A stretch of DNA of 64,000 bases from Treponema sp. UBA6367. GTDB taxonomy: Bacteria; Spirochaetota; Spirochaetia; Treponematales; Treponemataceae. The notes below the pieces were generated by a model. The model saw nothing but the letters and a program-made list of their open reading frames with translations. It ran no database searches and was not told the DNA's origin. Within the stretch, counting starts at the first letter, position 1, and every line of letters starts with the position of its first letter. A program made the translations under genes and the position numbers. The DNA lies in assembly GCA_002437725.1 (NCBI GenBank), contig DJRF01000024.1, forward strand, positions 53,205-117,204. Reading direction: 5' to 3'. Shown here one piece after another: positions 19,366 to 27,796 of this stretch.

Positions 19366-21071
19366 ACGAATCAAATTCAACAATTTATACTCTTAGAAAG
19401 TCGCCAATAATTCGAACACTTATTTGGATAGCGATTGGAATTATTACTGTGGGACTTTCTGTCGCTTTTACTTTGCGCATTGCCAACAAGCCTGAAATAA
19501 TATCGCTAAATCCTCCTGTGGGTTCTCCAGGAGATTTGGTCGTAATCAAAGGCAAATATTTTGGACTAGAAAAAGGCGACAGCTATGTAGAGTTTGGAGG
19601 CAGCAGGCTTACTTCAAGTTCTTATATTTCCTGGACAGACACTGAAATAAAAGTTGTTCTTCCTGCAAACGTTCAAGAAGGTCTTGTTTTTGTTGGAACA
19701 AAAAAAGCTAAGTCTAAACCATCTTTTTTTGCAAACAAGATTGCGGCGCCCATTGCTGTTTCTACAAATCCAATAGACTTAATTCCTGTAATAACAGTAG
19801 TTTCCCCTTCAAAAGTTTATACAGGAACGTTGCTTACAATTTCTGGAAACAACTTTGGCACAACCAGGGACCGCTCGCAAATATTCTTTTCCGTTGACCG
19901 TGAAAAAAACGCGAACGTTGACGACTCTACAAGAAAATTAAACAGCAGCGAGGATTTTTCGTTCATCGAAGCAAGCGAATCAGACTTTGACTACGAATAC
20001 TGGAGCGACAACGAAATTAGAGTCAGAGTTCCAGACGGAGCTTCTTCTGGAAATATTTTTATAAAAACTTCAAAAGGCTCTTCTCCTGCAAGAAATTTAA
20101 ACATAGACACAAAGGCTGGCAAGAAAAGCTATATTTCTCCAAAAACGTATGTAGTTCAAGTTTCAGTTGACGTAGAAGAATCTTCTGGCGACAAAGACTC
20201 TTCTATTATCCTAAGATGTCCACGCCCTGTAATATCTTCTAGCCAACCGTCTGTTCAATTAACAGAGTATTCTCCTGAGCCTGTAATCGCAGATTTTCAG
20301 AATACAGTAATTCACCAAATGCAAGGCGCAAAAAACTCTTTTGGAAAAAAACGTTTTATTCAAAACTACGCCGTAACTGTTTATGAAACTAGAACAAATG
20401 TTTCTATATCAAGGCTTAATCCAAAGGCTGAAAGCAGTCCTATGCTTAAATTAAAAACAACACAACCAGACAACTGCGTTCCTTCAAATGACAAAACCGT
20501 TATTGACCTTGCAAAAAAAATCATAAAAGATGAAAAAAATGTTTATAATATTGCAGCTTTAATTTACAATTATATGGTAAAAGAATTTGTTGTTCTAAAA
20601 GATGTAAGAAAGGGCAATATAAGTCCAGTTGATTTAATAAGAACCAAAAAAGGCGACGCTTATGATTTTGCAATTATTTACACAGCCTTGCTCCGCTCTT
20701 GCGGAATTTCTGCATTGCCAGATAGTGGAATTATTGTAGGCACTGATTTAAAAGCCCTAAACCATTGGTGGTGCGAATTTTATTTACCAGGATTTGGCTG
20801 GATTCCTGTGGACCCGGCTCTAGGAGCTGGACTAGAATACCACTCTTGGCAAAAAGGTATTGAACCAGAAATTTACTATTTTGGCAATTTAGATTCGCAG
20901 CACATTTTGTTTAGCAGAGGCTGGAACGAAATAAAACCTACTGCCCCGAACAATAAGTCGGTACAAAGACCTAGAAGTTATTCTTTACAGTCAATTTGGG
21001 AAGAAGCTTCTGGTGAAAAAATAAAATACAGTTCATATTGGGCTGATCCAATAATCATAGGAGTATATTAA
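19362..21071 (+). CDS. membrane-anchored protein with two IPT/TIG-like domains and a C-terminal transglutaminase-like domain (nucleophile Cys replaced)
   Basis: IISLNPPVGSPGDLVVIKGKYFG and VVSPSKVYTGTLLTISGNNFG (IPT/TIG-like). The C-terminal GDAYDFAIIYTALLRSCGISALP...NHWWCEFYLPGFGWIPVDPA matches the transglutaminase core, with Ala where the Cys is expected. The GTG start overlaps the anti-sigma stop (GTGA). Confidence 0.65.
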   Translation: MNESNSTIYTLRKSPIIRTLIWIAIGIITVGLSVAFTLRIANKPEIISLNPPVGSPGDLVVIKGKYFGLEKGDSYVEFGGSRLTSSSYISWTDTEIKVVLPANVQEGLVFVGTKKAKSKPSFFANKIAAPIAVSTNPIDLIPVITVVSPSKVYTGTLLTISGNNFGTTRDRSQIFFSVDREKNANVDDSTRKLNSSEDFSFIEASESDFDYEYWSDNEIRVRVPDGASSGNIFIKTSKGSSPARNLNIDTKAGKKSYISPKTYVVQVSVDVEESSGDKDSSIILRCPRPVISSSQPSVQLTEYSPEPVIADFQNTVIHQMQGAKNSFGKKRFIQNYAVTVYETRTNVSISRLNPKAESSPMLKLKTTQPDNCVPSNDKTVIDLAKKIIKDEKNVYNIAALIYNYMVKEFVVLKDVRKGNISPVDLIRTKKGDAYDFAIIYTALLRSCGISALPDSGIIVGTDLKALNHWWCEFYLPGFGWIPVDPALGAGLEYHSWQKGIEPEIYYFGNLDSQHILFSRGWNEIKPTAPNNKSVQRPRSYSLQSIWEEASGEKIKYSSYWADPIIIGVY

Positions 21072-21072
21072 T

Positions 21073-21768
21073 ATGACAAAAGTTCTTTCCGTAGGTGGCT
21101 CAATCGTAGTTCCAGAAAAACCTGACACAGAATTTTTAGGAAAATTTATTAATCTTGTAAAAGAATGGCTTGAAGAGGACGAAAGTCGAAAACTAATTCT
21201 TGTTGTTGGCGGCGGAGCGCCTGCTCGCATTTATCAAAACGCATATTCTGAAGTTTCTAAATGCGTAAACACAAACTCCGCAAGCGATGCTGCCGACTGG
21301 ATTGGAATTATGGCAACAAGGCTTAATGCCCAGCTCGTAAAAGCTTGCTTCGGAGAGCTTTGCAAAAATGACGTAGTCTATAATCCTACAGAACCAATAG
21401 ATTTCAAAGGAAGAGTTCTTCTTGCCGCTGGTTGGCATCCAGGATTTTCTACAGACAATGACGCCGTTCTTCTTGCAGAACAGCACGGCGCAAAAACAGT
21501 TGTAAATCTTTCAAATATCGAAAAAGTTTACACTGATGATCCAAGAAAGAATCCTGATGCAAAACCTATTGACAGCATAAGCTGGGCTGATTTCCGCAAA
21601 ATGGTTGGCGACAGCTGGGTTCCTGGCAAAAACTGTCCATTCGATCCGATTGCTTCAAAAAAGGCAGACGAATGTGGAATGACCGTTATTTGCGCAGGCG
21701 GAAAAAACATAGAAAACATCCGTGCAATCCTGAACGACCAGGAATTTTTAGGAACAAAAATAGGCTAA
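21073..21768 (+). CDS. pyrH: UMP kinase, archaeal-like amino-acid-kinase family
   Basis: VLSVGGSIV, LVVGGGAPARIY and GWHPGFSTDNDAVLLAE...VYTDDPRKNPDAK motifs. 231 aa. Confidence 0.65.
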   Translation: MTKVLSVGGSIVVPEKPDTEFLGKFINLVKEWLEEDESRKLILVVGGGAPARIYQNAYSEVSKCVNTNSASDAADWIGIMATRLNAQLVKACFGELCKNDVVYNPTEPIDFKGRVLLAAGWHPGFSTDNDAVLLAEQHGAKTVVNLSNIEKVYTDDPRKNPDAKPIDSISWADFRKMVGDSWVPGKNCPFDPIASKKADECGMTVICAGGKNIENIRAILNDQEFLGTKIG

Positions 21769-21779
21769 AATTAGTTATC

Positions 21780-21984
21780 TAGCCCGAACTTCGAGTTTTT
21801 AGAAAGAGAATAAAAGCGTAAACGAATTTATAATTTGTGAAGATTTTGTGCGATAAGACCAGTTAAGGTTGCATAGCAATTCAAATCAACCCAAACGAAG
21901 TGCGAGCACAACCATCGGCAACAAATTGTAAATTCGTTGAGAGCGTTTTTTTCACAATTTATAAAAAACTCGAAGTTCGGGCTA
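21780..21984 (-). repeat. intergenic nested-palindrome element, long form, copy D (complete, near-perfect termini)
   Basis: TAGCCCGAACTTCGAGTTTTTAGAAA ... TATAAAAAACTCGAAGTTCGGGCTA. It lies between convergent genes. Its right terminus supplies the TAG stop of 21982..22596. Confidence 0.9.
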
Positions 21985-22596
21985 TCTATTTTTATATTTA
22001 GACGCAACCGACTGTTCCATGAACAAAAGGATTGCGTCTATTTTTTTGCCATACAGTTTATCGGCAGCCCAAACTCCTGCAAGAGCATAAATATCTTTTG
22101 CAAACTTAGTTTTATGAACCCAATTATAGCGCGGATCAACTAGCGGAAGATTTAATTTTTCGTTTTCGTTTGTAGCGTATGCCTGAAGATGTTGAATATG
22201 AGCCCTGACTCCAATCTGTTCTGTCTCAAACCATTCACCTGGATGCTGGGCATCAATTGCCCCTAGCCCACAATAATTGTGCATTTCTGGAACGACTAGA
22301 TTTCCAAATTTTAAGTAACCAGTTTCAAGACACATCTGTGCAAAAGCCACATCAGAATTTATCCCCTCTACACCAGCTTCTTCAATATAGAATTTTGCAA
22401 GCCTTTGAACCAAAGATTTATCTGCATTTGGATTTTTTTGCATAAAACAATAAACAAGCTCATCTGAAGAAAAAACAGGTTTTCCTTTTAGCTCTCTTGA
22501 TGCCTCAATTCTTTTTTGCGGTACAGAAACACAAGAAAAAAATAAAAAACTAAAAACAAAAGCAAAAACTATAAAATGTAAAGTCGTTTTTTTCAT
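21982..22596 (-). CDS. glucosaminidase-domain (mannosyl-glycoprotein endo-beta-N-acetylglucosaminidase-like) lipoprotein
   Basis: Signal plus lipobox (FLFFSC). AFAQMCLETGYLKFG...NYCGLGA is typical of the glucosaminidase domain. Confidence 0.7.
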   Translation of the reverse strand: MKKTTLHFIVFAFVFSFLFFSCVSVPQKRIEASRELKGKPVFSSDELVYCFMQKNPNADKSLVQRLAKFYIEEAGVEGINSDVAFAQMCLETGYLKFGNLVVPEMHNYCGLGAIDAQHPGEWFETEQIGVRAHIQHLQAYATNENEKLNLPLVDPRYNWVHKTKFAKDIYALAGVWAADKLYGKKIDAILLFMEQSVASKYKNR

Positions 22597-22702
22597 AAAA
22601 TCCCCTAAAATAGTTTTGTCTTATTATTTTCGGCACTTATAAAAAAAACTCGATATTGAGACTTACTCAAAAATGTAAAAAAAATGCCGATTCTGCCACA
22701 GC

Positions 22703-23386
22703 TTGAACTATATAATATATGTGAAACAGTACAAAAACTATAAACCGGAAATCAGAGAACTTACAATAAAACATGGTCTTTCATATCCTACAGATGAAGA
22801 ACTTGTTATGATGATACTTGGTTCAGGAACAAGAAATATTCCTGTTGCAAAACTTTCTGAAAAAATCGTGGAGATTTTAGATTCGGTTTCGCAAGAAGAC
22901 TTGCCTCAAAAACTTACCGAAATAAAAGGAATAGGCATAAGCAAATCGCTTGCAGTCCTTGCAGGACTTGAACTTGGACGCAGGCGTTTTTGCCATAAAA
23001 ATGCCGTTATAAAAAGCCCTTCCGATTTAATTCCTTTTATTAGAAACTATTCAATTCAGCCGAAAGAGCATTTTTTATGTATAACGCTAAACGGAAGCCA
23101 TGAAATTATTCAAATACGGGTTGCCGCAATAGGAACGGTTGACAGAGCCATAATTCACCCGCGAGAAATATTTTCAGAGGCTTTAAAAGAAAATGCAAAT
23201 TCCATAATAGTTTGCCACAATCACCCATCTGGAAACTGCTCGCCTTCCGAAGAGGATATAAAAACTACAAAAATTTTAATAAAAGCTTCCATGATTTTAG
23301 GAATTCAACTATTAGACCACATCATATTTGGAACGGAAAACTATTTTAGTTTTTTGGAAAACAAACTTTTATTTGAAGAACAATAG
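22703..23386 (+). CDS. radC: RadC-family JAB-domain protein
   Basis: The JAMM motif HNHPSGNCSPSEEDI is present, along with an N-terminal HhH-like region. The start codon is uncertain (TTG 22703 or GTG 22721). Confidence 0.8.
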   Translation: MNYIIYVKQYKNYKPEIRELTIKHGLSYPTDEELVMMILGSGTRNIPVAKLSEKIVEILDSVSQEDLPQKLTEIKGIGISKSLAVLAGLELGRRRFCHKNAVIKSPSDLIPFIRNYSIQPKEHFLCITLNGSHEIIQIRVAAIGTVDRAIIHPREIFSEALKENANSIIVCHNHPSGNCSPSEEDIKTTKILIKASMILGIQLLDHIIFGTENYFSFLENKLLFEEQ

Positions 23387-23407
23387 TTTATGCAATATAA
23401 TCTAAAT

Positions 23408-24247
23408 ATGAAAAAAACTTATATTTTTATTTCTGTTTTTTTTATCTCCATTTGGACAGGATTTTCACAAAATTTATCAGAATCAAAAAATTCTGATTTT
23501 AATTATTTGCCTGTATATCCTCTAAACCAAATTACAACTTCTGGAACAGGAATTGCAAACATTCCGACTGCACAAAGCGTTCCAAAAGCTACAATGATTT
23601 TATCTCTTTTTACAGCGCAAACACTTTCATTGCAAAATTCTTATTCAAAAAATCAAACTCGCGCAGAAATCTGTCTTGCCGTAATACCTTTATTAGAGCT
23701 TTCTGGAACATTTGGTTTTGAAACAGGAGCAGAATCTTTAGCAACTGCGTTTTCATTTGCAGCAAAATCAACCACGGCACTTTCTCTTTCTGAAAAAGCA
23801 AGACTATGTCTTGGCGCAAGCTTTAGATATTCTGGATTAGCAAAAAAAGATAAAAATCAAATATATGTGCCATCAAACAACGAGAACGGACTTGGAATCG
23901 CTGTCCTTACTGGAATACAAACAAAAAATACATTTTCAGGCTTTACATCGCAGTGCATTTTCAGTCCAAAGGGAACAGACTCCTTTTCGGATTCTATTCT
24001 TCTAAAAAATTCGCTAGCGTTTGCTTTTACGCCTAAGGAAACCTCTTCTTTTAATCTTTTTGGAACTTTGAACAGTTTGCTAAAACCTAATGCCAAATGG
24101 CTAAAAAGCGCAGAAACAGGGATTGAAACTTCATTTTTAACTTCTAAAAAAACTTTAAGGACTACCTTAGGAGTTGCCGCCGTCTATTTTATAGAAGAAA
24201 GCACTATGAATCTTGAAGGACATATTAGCGTTGCATACCTTTTTTAA
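23408..24247 (+). CDS. hypothetical secreted protein, possible outer-membrane beta-barrel
   Basis: Start at ATG 23408 (MKKTYIFISVFFISIWTGFSQ signal). Alternating amphipathic segments, and the C-terminus ends in VAYLF (terminal Phe). Confidence 0.45.
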   Translation: MKKTYIFISVFFISIWTGFSQNLSESKNSDFNYLPVYPLNQITTSGTGIANIPTAQSVPKATMILSLFTAQTLSLQNSYSKNQTRAEICLAVIPLLELSGTFGFETGAESLATAFSFAAKSTTALSLSEKARLCLGASFRYSGLAKKDKNQIYVPSNNENGLGIAVLTGIQTKNTFSGFTSQCIFSPKGTDSFSDSILLKNSLAFAFTPKETSSFNLFGTLNSLLKPNAKWLKSAETGIETSFLTSKKTLRTTLGVAAVYFIEESTMNLEGHISVAYLF

Positions 24248-24265
24248 TTTCATTAATATATAAGC

Positions 24266-25516
24266 ATGAAACTTTATTCACGTTCACAAGTAATTTTTTC
24301 AGTTGTAATAACAATGGCTCTGACGGTTGGAATTACATCAGCTGTTTATGGAATAAAATCAAATAAGATTAAAAAACAGAATACAGATCAAACAAATACA
24401 AAAGTTCAATATCCTTCTGAAGAAGCAAATTCTCCTGCTGCTTCAATTGCAGAGGGCTCTGAAAAAATTGAATACAGCGATTACAAGCTTGTAAACCTTC
24501 CTTCCGAAAATTCTTACACACAGGAAGAATTGCAAAACATCAACGTATACAAAAAATGCAGTCCTGCTGTAGTAAATATAAATACGCAAATAACTGGAGT
24601 AAACTGGTTTCTAGAGCCTGTAGTCCAAGACGGCGGTTCTGGCTCTGGTTCCATAATAGACAAGAGCGGTTACGTTCTTACAAATGTACACGTAATTAAA
24701 GGCGCTTCAAAAATTTACGTATCGCTTTCAGATGGAACTCAGTACGAAGCAAAAGTTGTGGGGCAAGACGCAGATAGCGATTTGGCTGTTATAAAATTCA
24801 ATCCGCCAGAGGGAACTGTTTTGCAGACAATTTCGTTTGGAAATTCTTCAAGCCTTTGTGTAGGACAAAAAGTTATTGCCATAGGAAACCCTTTTGGATT
24901 TGAACGAACTATGACAACTGGCATTGTAAGCGCGCTCGGTCGCCCTATAAAAGATTCAAGCACAAACCGAATTATAAGAAACATGATTCAGACTGATACC
25001 GCAATAAATCCTGGCAACAGCGGAGGACCGCTCCTAGATACTTCTGGAAAAATGGTGGGCATAAACACGATGATTTATTCCTCTAGCGGAAGCAGCGCGG
25101 GAATTGGTTTTTCAGTTCCTTCAGAAACTGCGGTTCGTGTTGCCGCTGACCTTATGAAATACGGCAAAGTTAGAAGAGGTACGCTTGAACTTGAACTGGT
25201 TCAACTTACAAACTTAATTTCAAACTATGCAAACTTAGACATTTCAAAAGGACTTCTTGTTTCTAGAACAAAAAAAGGCGGAAATGCAGAAAAAGCCGGC
25301 ATTGTTCAAGGAAACCAAGCGGTTATTTACTACAATTCAAGAATTTTTCTAGGTGGCGATATAATCACAAAAATAGACAATATAGAAGTAAGCTCCATAG
25401 CTGATTACTATTCTGCGCTTGAAGCAAAAAGACCGGGCGATACTATAAAAGTTACCCTTCACAGAAACGGAAAAGACCGAACTGTTTCTATAGTTCTTGC
25501 AGAACCGGAGTTGTAA
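24266..25516 (+). CDS. HtrA/DegP-family serine protease with PDZ domain
   Basis: Catalytic triad contexts TNVHVI, DSDLAVIK and GNSGGPLLD. There is a C-terminal PDZ-like region and an N-terminal membrane anchor. Confidence 0.88.
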   Translation: MKLYSRSQVIFSVVITMALTVGITSAVYGIKSNKIKKQNTDQTNTKVQYPSEEANSPAASIAEGSEKIEYSDYKLVNLPSENSYTQEELQNINVYKKCSPAVVNINTQITGVNWFLEPVVQDGGSGSGSIIDKSGYVLTNVHVIKGASKIYVSLSDGTQYEAKVVGQDADSDLAVIKFNPPEGTVLQTISFGNSSSLCVGQKVIAIGNPFGFERTMTTGIVSALGRPIKDSSTNRIIRNMIQTDTAINPGNSGGPLLDTSGKMVGINTMIYSSSGSSAGIGFSVPSETAVRVAADLMKYGKVRRGTLELELVQLTNLISNYANLDISKGLLVSRTKKGGNAEKAGIVQGNQAVIYYNSRIFLGGDIITKIDNIEVSSIADYYSALEAKRPGDTIKVTLHRNGKDRTVSIVLAEPEL

Positions 25517-27525
25517 TGAGAAAATTCAAAGTCGTTTCCCCATTTCAGCCAGCAGGCGATCAGGAACAGGCAATTGAAAAATTAAGCGAAGGATTTCTTA
25601 GGGGAGACAAATACCAAACTTTAAAAGGCGTGACTGGCTCAGGAAAAACCTTTACGATGGCTAAAATCATAGAAAAAATCCAACGCCCAACTCTAATAAT
25701 AAGCCACAACAAAACACTTTCCGCCCAATTATACAGAGAGTTTAAATCTTTCTTCCCTGAAAATGCGGTCGAATATTTTGTTTCCTATTACGATTACTAT
25801 CAGCCGGAAGCCTACGTTCCAGCCCGAGACCTTTACATTGAAAAAGATTGTTCCATAAACGAAGAAATAGACAAACTTAGGCTCGCCGCAACATACAGTC
25901 TTATGGAAAGAAGAGACGTTATAGTTGTAGCAACGGTTTCTTGCATCTACGGCTTGGGAATGCCAGACCTATACAAGGAAATGAGAATTCATATTGAAAA
26001 AGGACAAACACTTGAAATCCATAAGTTTGCTCTAACTTTAGCCAGTCTTCAATACAGCCGAAATGACATGGTCTTAGACAGAGGAAATTTTAGAATCCGG
26101 GGCGACATTATTGAAGTTTTTCCTCCATACATGGAAACAGATGAAGCCTACAGAATTGAACTAGATTGGGATGAAATTGTAAGAATCCGAAGATTTAATG
26201 TAATTTCTGGAGCAACTGTTGAAGAACTTGACGAAACCGTTTTTTATCCTGCGAAACACTTTGTTGTTCCTAAAGATATTTTAATCAACGCAACCCAAAG
26301 GATTCAAGAAGAATTAGACTTCCGCGTTGAACAGTTAAGAAGCCAAGGAAAAATGCTTGAAGCAGAACGCTTAAAAACAAGAACAACTTACGACATCGAA
26401 ATGATGAAAGAAATGGGCTACTGCACAGGAATTGAAAACTATTCCGGACCAATCAGCGGACGCGCGCCTGGCCAGCCGCCAGCAACTTTATTGCATTACT
26501 TTCCAGATGACTTTTTATGCATGATAGACGAAGCACACGTTTCTGTGCCTCAAATAGGCGCAATGTACGAAGGAGACCGAAGCCGCAAACAAAACTTAAT
26601 TGACTTTGGATTTAGACTGCCAAGCGCTCTTGATAACCGTCCATTAAAGTTTGAAGAATTTTCAAAGAAAATGAACCAGGTGATTTACGTTACGGCAACT
26701 CCTCGCAAAGAAGAAATAAAACAGTCAACTCAAGTTGTAGAGCAGCTCATTCGTCCAACCGGACTTTTAGATCCAATTGTAGAAGTCAGGCCGACCGAAG
26801 GTCAAATGGAAGACATATACAAAGAAATTAAAGCGCGAATCGCAAAACACGAACGAAGCCTTGTCCTTACGCTAACAAAAAAAATGGCGGAAGATTTAAC
26901 TGACTACTTATCCGAGCTGGACTTAAAAGTTAAATACATTCACTCAGAAATAGACACCTTCGAGCGTGTTGAAATTTTAAAATCTTTACGCTCAGGCGAA
27001 ATCGACGTCCTAATCGGAATCAATCTTCTGCGAGAAGGAATCGACTTGCCAGAAGTTTCGTTTATCGCCCTGCTCGATGCGGATAAAATCGGTTTTTTGC
27101 GCTCAACAACTTCACTCATCCAGATTATTGGACGAGCCGCGCGCAACGCAGAAGGAAAGGTTGTTATGTATGCAGACCGCATGAGCGATGCCATGAAAGA
27201 AGCGATTGACGAGACAAAGCACCGCCGCCAGATTCAAGAAGCGTACAACAAAGAGCACGGAATTACTCCGCAGACAATTCAGAAAAAAGTTCAAGACATT
27301 CTAGAGCATCAGGAAAAAGACGCTGCCGAAAACGCAGAAATTGAAATTGAGATTTTAAAGAAAAACACAAACCTTTTTGATAAAAAACAAAGAGCAAAAC
27401 TGATAAAAGCCTTGCAAAAAGAAATGGAAGACTGCGCCGAACGCCTTGAATACGAACAAGCAGCCGCGCTTCGCGACCAAATAAAAGAACTAGAAGAAGG
27501 CGCTTTTAATACTAAACAAGCATAA
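25516..27525 (+). CDS. uvrB: excinuclease ABC subunit B
   Basis: GVTGSGKTFTMA (Walker A), DEAHV, helicase motifs, and the C-terminal UVR domain YEQAAALRDQIKELE. The start overlaps the htrA-like stop (TAATG). Confidence 0.95.
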   Translation: MRKFKVVSPFQPAGDQEQAIEKLSEGFLRGDKYQTLKGVTGSGKTFTMAKIIEKIQRPTLIISHNKTLSAQLYREFKSFFPENAVEYFVSYYDYYQPEAYVPARDLYIEKDCSINEEIDKLRLAATYSLMERRDVIVVATVSCIYGLGMPDLYKEMRIHIEKGQTLEIHKFALTLASLQYSRNDMVLDRGNFRIRGDIIEVFPPYMETDEAYRIELDWDEIVRIRRFNVISGATVEELDETVFYPAKHFVVPKDILINATQRIQEELDFRVEQLRSQGKMLEAERLKTRTTYDIEMMKEMGYCTGIENYSGPISGRAPGQPPATLLHYFPDDFLCMIDEAHVSVPQIGAMYEGDRSRKQNLIDFGFRLPSALDNRPLKFEEFSKKMNQVIYVTATPRKEEIKQSTQVVEQLIRPTGLLDPIVEVRPTEGQMEDIYKEIKARIAKHERSLVLTLTKKMAEDLTDYLSELDLKVKYIHSEIDTFERVEILKSLRSGEIDVLIGINLLREGIDLPEVSFIALLDADKIGFLRSTTSLIQIIGRAARNAEGKVVMYADRMSDAMKEAIDETKHRRQIQEAYNKEHGITPQTIQKKVQDILEHQEKDAAENAEIEIEILKKNTNLFDKKQRAKLIKALQKEMEDCAERLEYEQAAALRDQIKELEEGAFNTKQA

Positions 27526-27573
27526 ATAGTTGAAACAATGCAGATTGTGCTATAGACTTAAATTCTTGCTAAC

Positions 27574-27774
27574 AGGTCAAAAGTTGAGTTTTTAGAAAAA
27601 TAACAAAAGCGTAAGCGAATTTACAATTTGTGAAGATTTTGTGCGATAAGAACAACTAAGGTTGCATAGCAACCCAAACCAATTCAAACGAAGTTTGAGC
27701 ACAACCGTCTGAACAAAGTGTAAATCCGCTGAAAGCGTTTTTTTTGCAATTATAAAAAACTCGACTTTTAACCC
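27574..27774 (-). repeat. intergenic nested-palindrome element, long form, copy E (AGGTCAAAAGTTGAG terminal variant)
   Basis: AGGTCAAAAGTTGAGTTTTTAGAAAAA ... TATAAAAAACTCGACTTTTAACC. It ends about 22 nt before the CotH-lipoprotein start. ORF 27592..27891 (-) is a read-through of it. Confidence 0.85.
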
Positions 27775-27796
27775 AACAAATACTTTCGGAGGTTTT

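Noticed and set aside
22638-22693. Fragments resembling a terminal repeat (TATAAAAAAAACTCGATATTGAG) and the inner left part (AAATGTAAAAAAAATGCCGATTC) of the intergenic element, upstream of radC.
   Set aside because: The matches are short, rearranged and AT-rich, so they are not secure enough to list as a feature.
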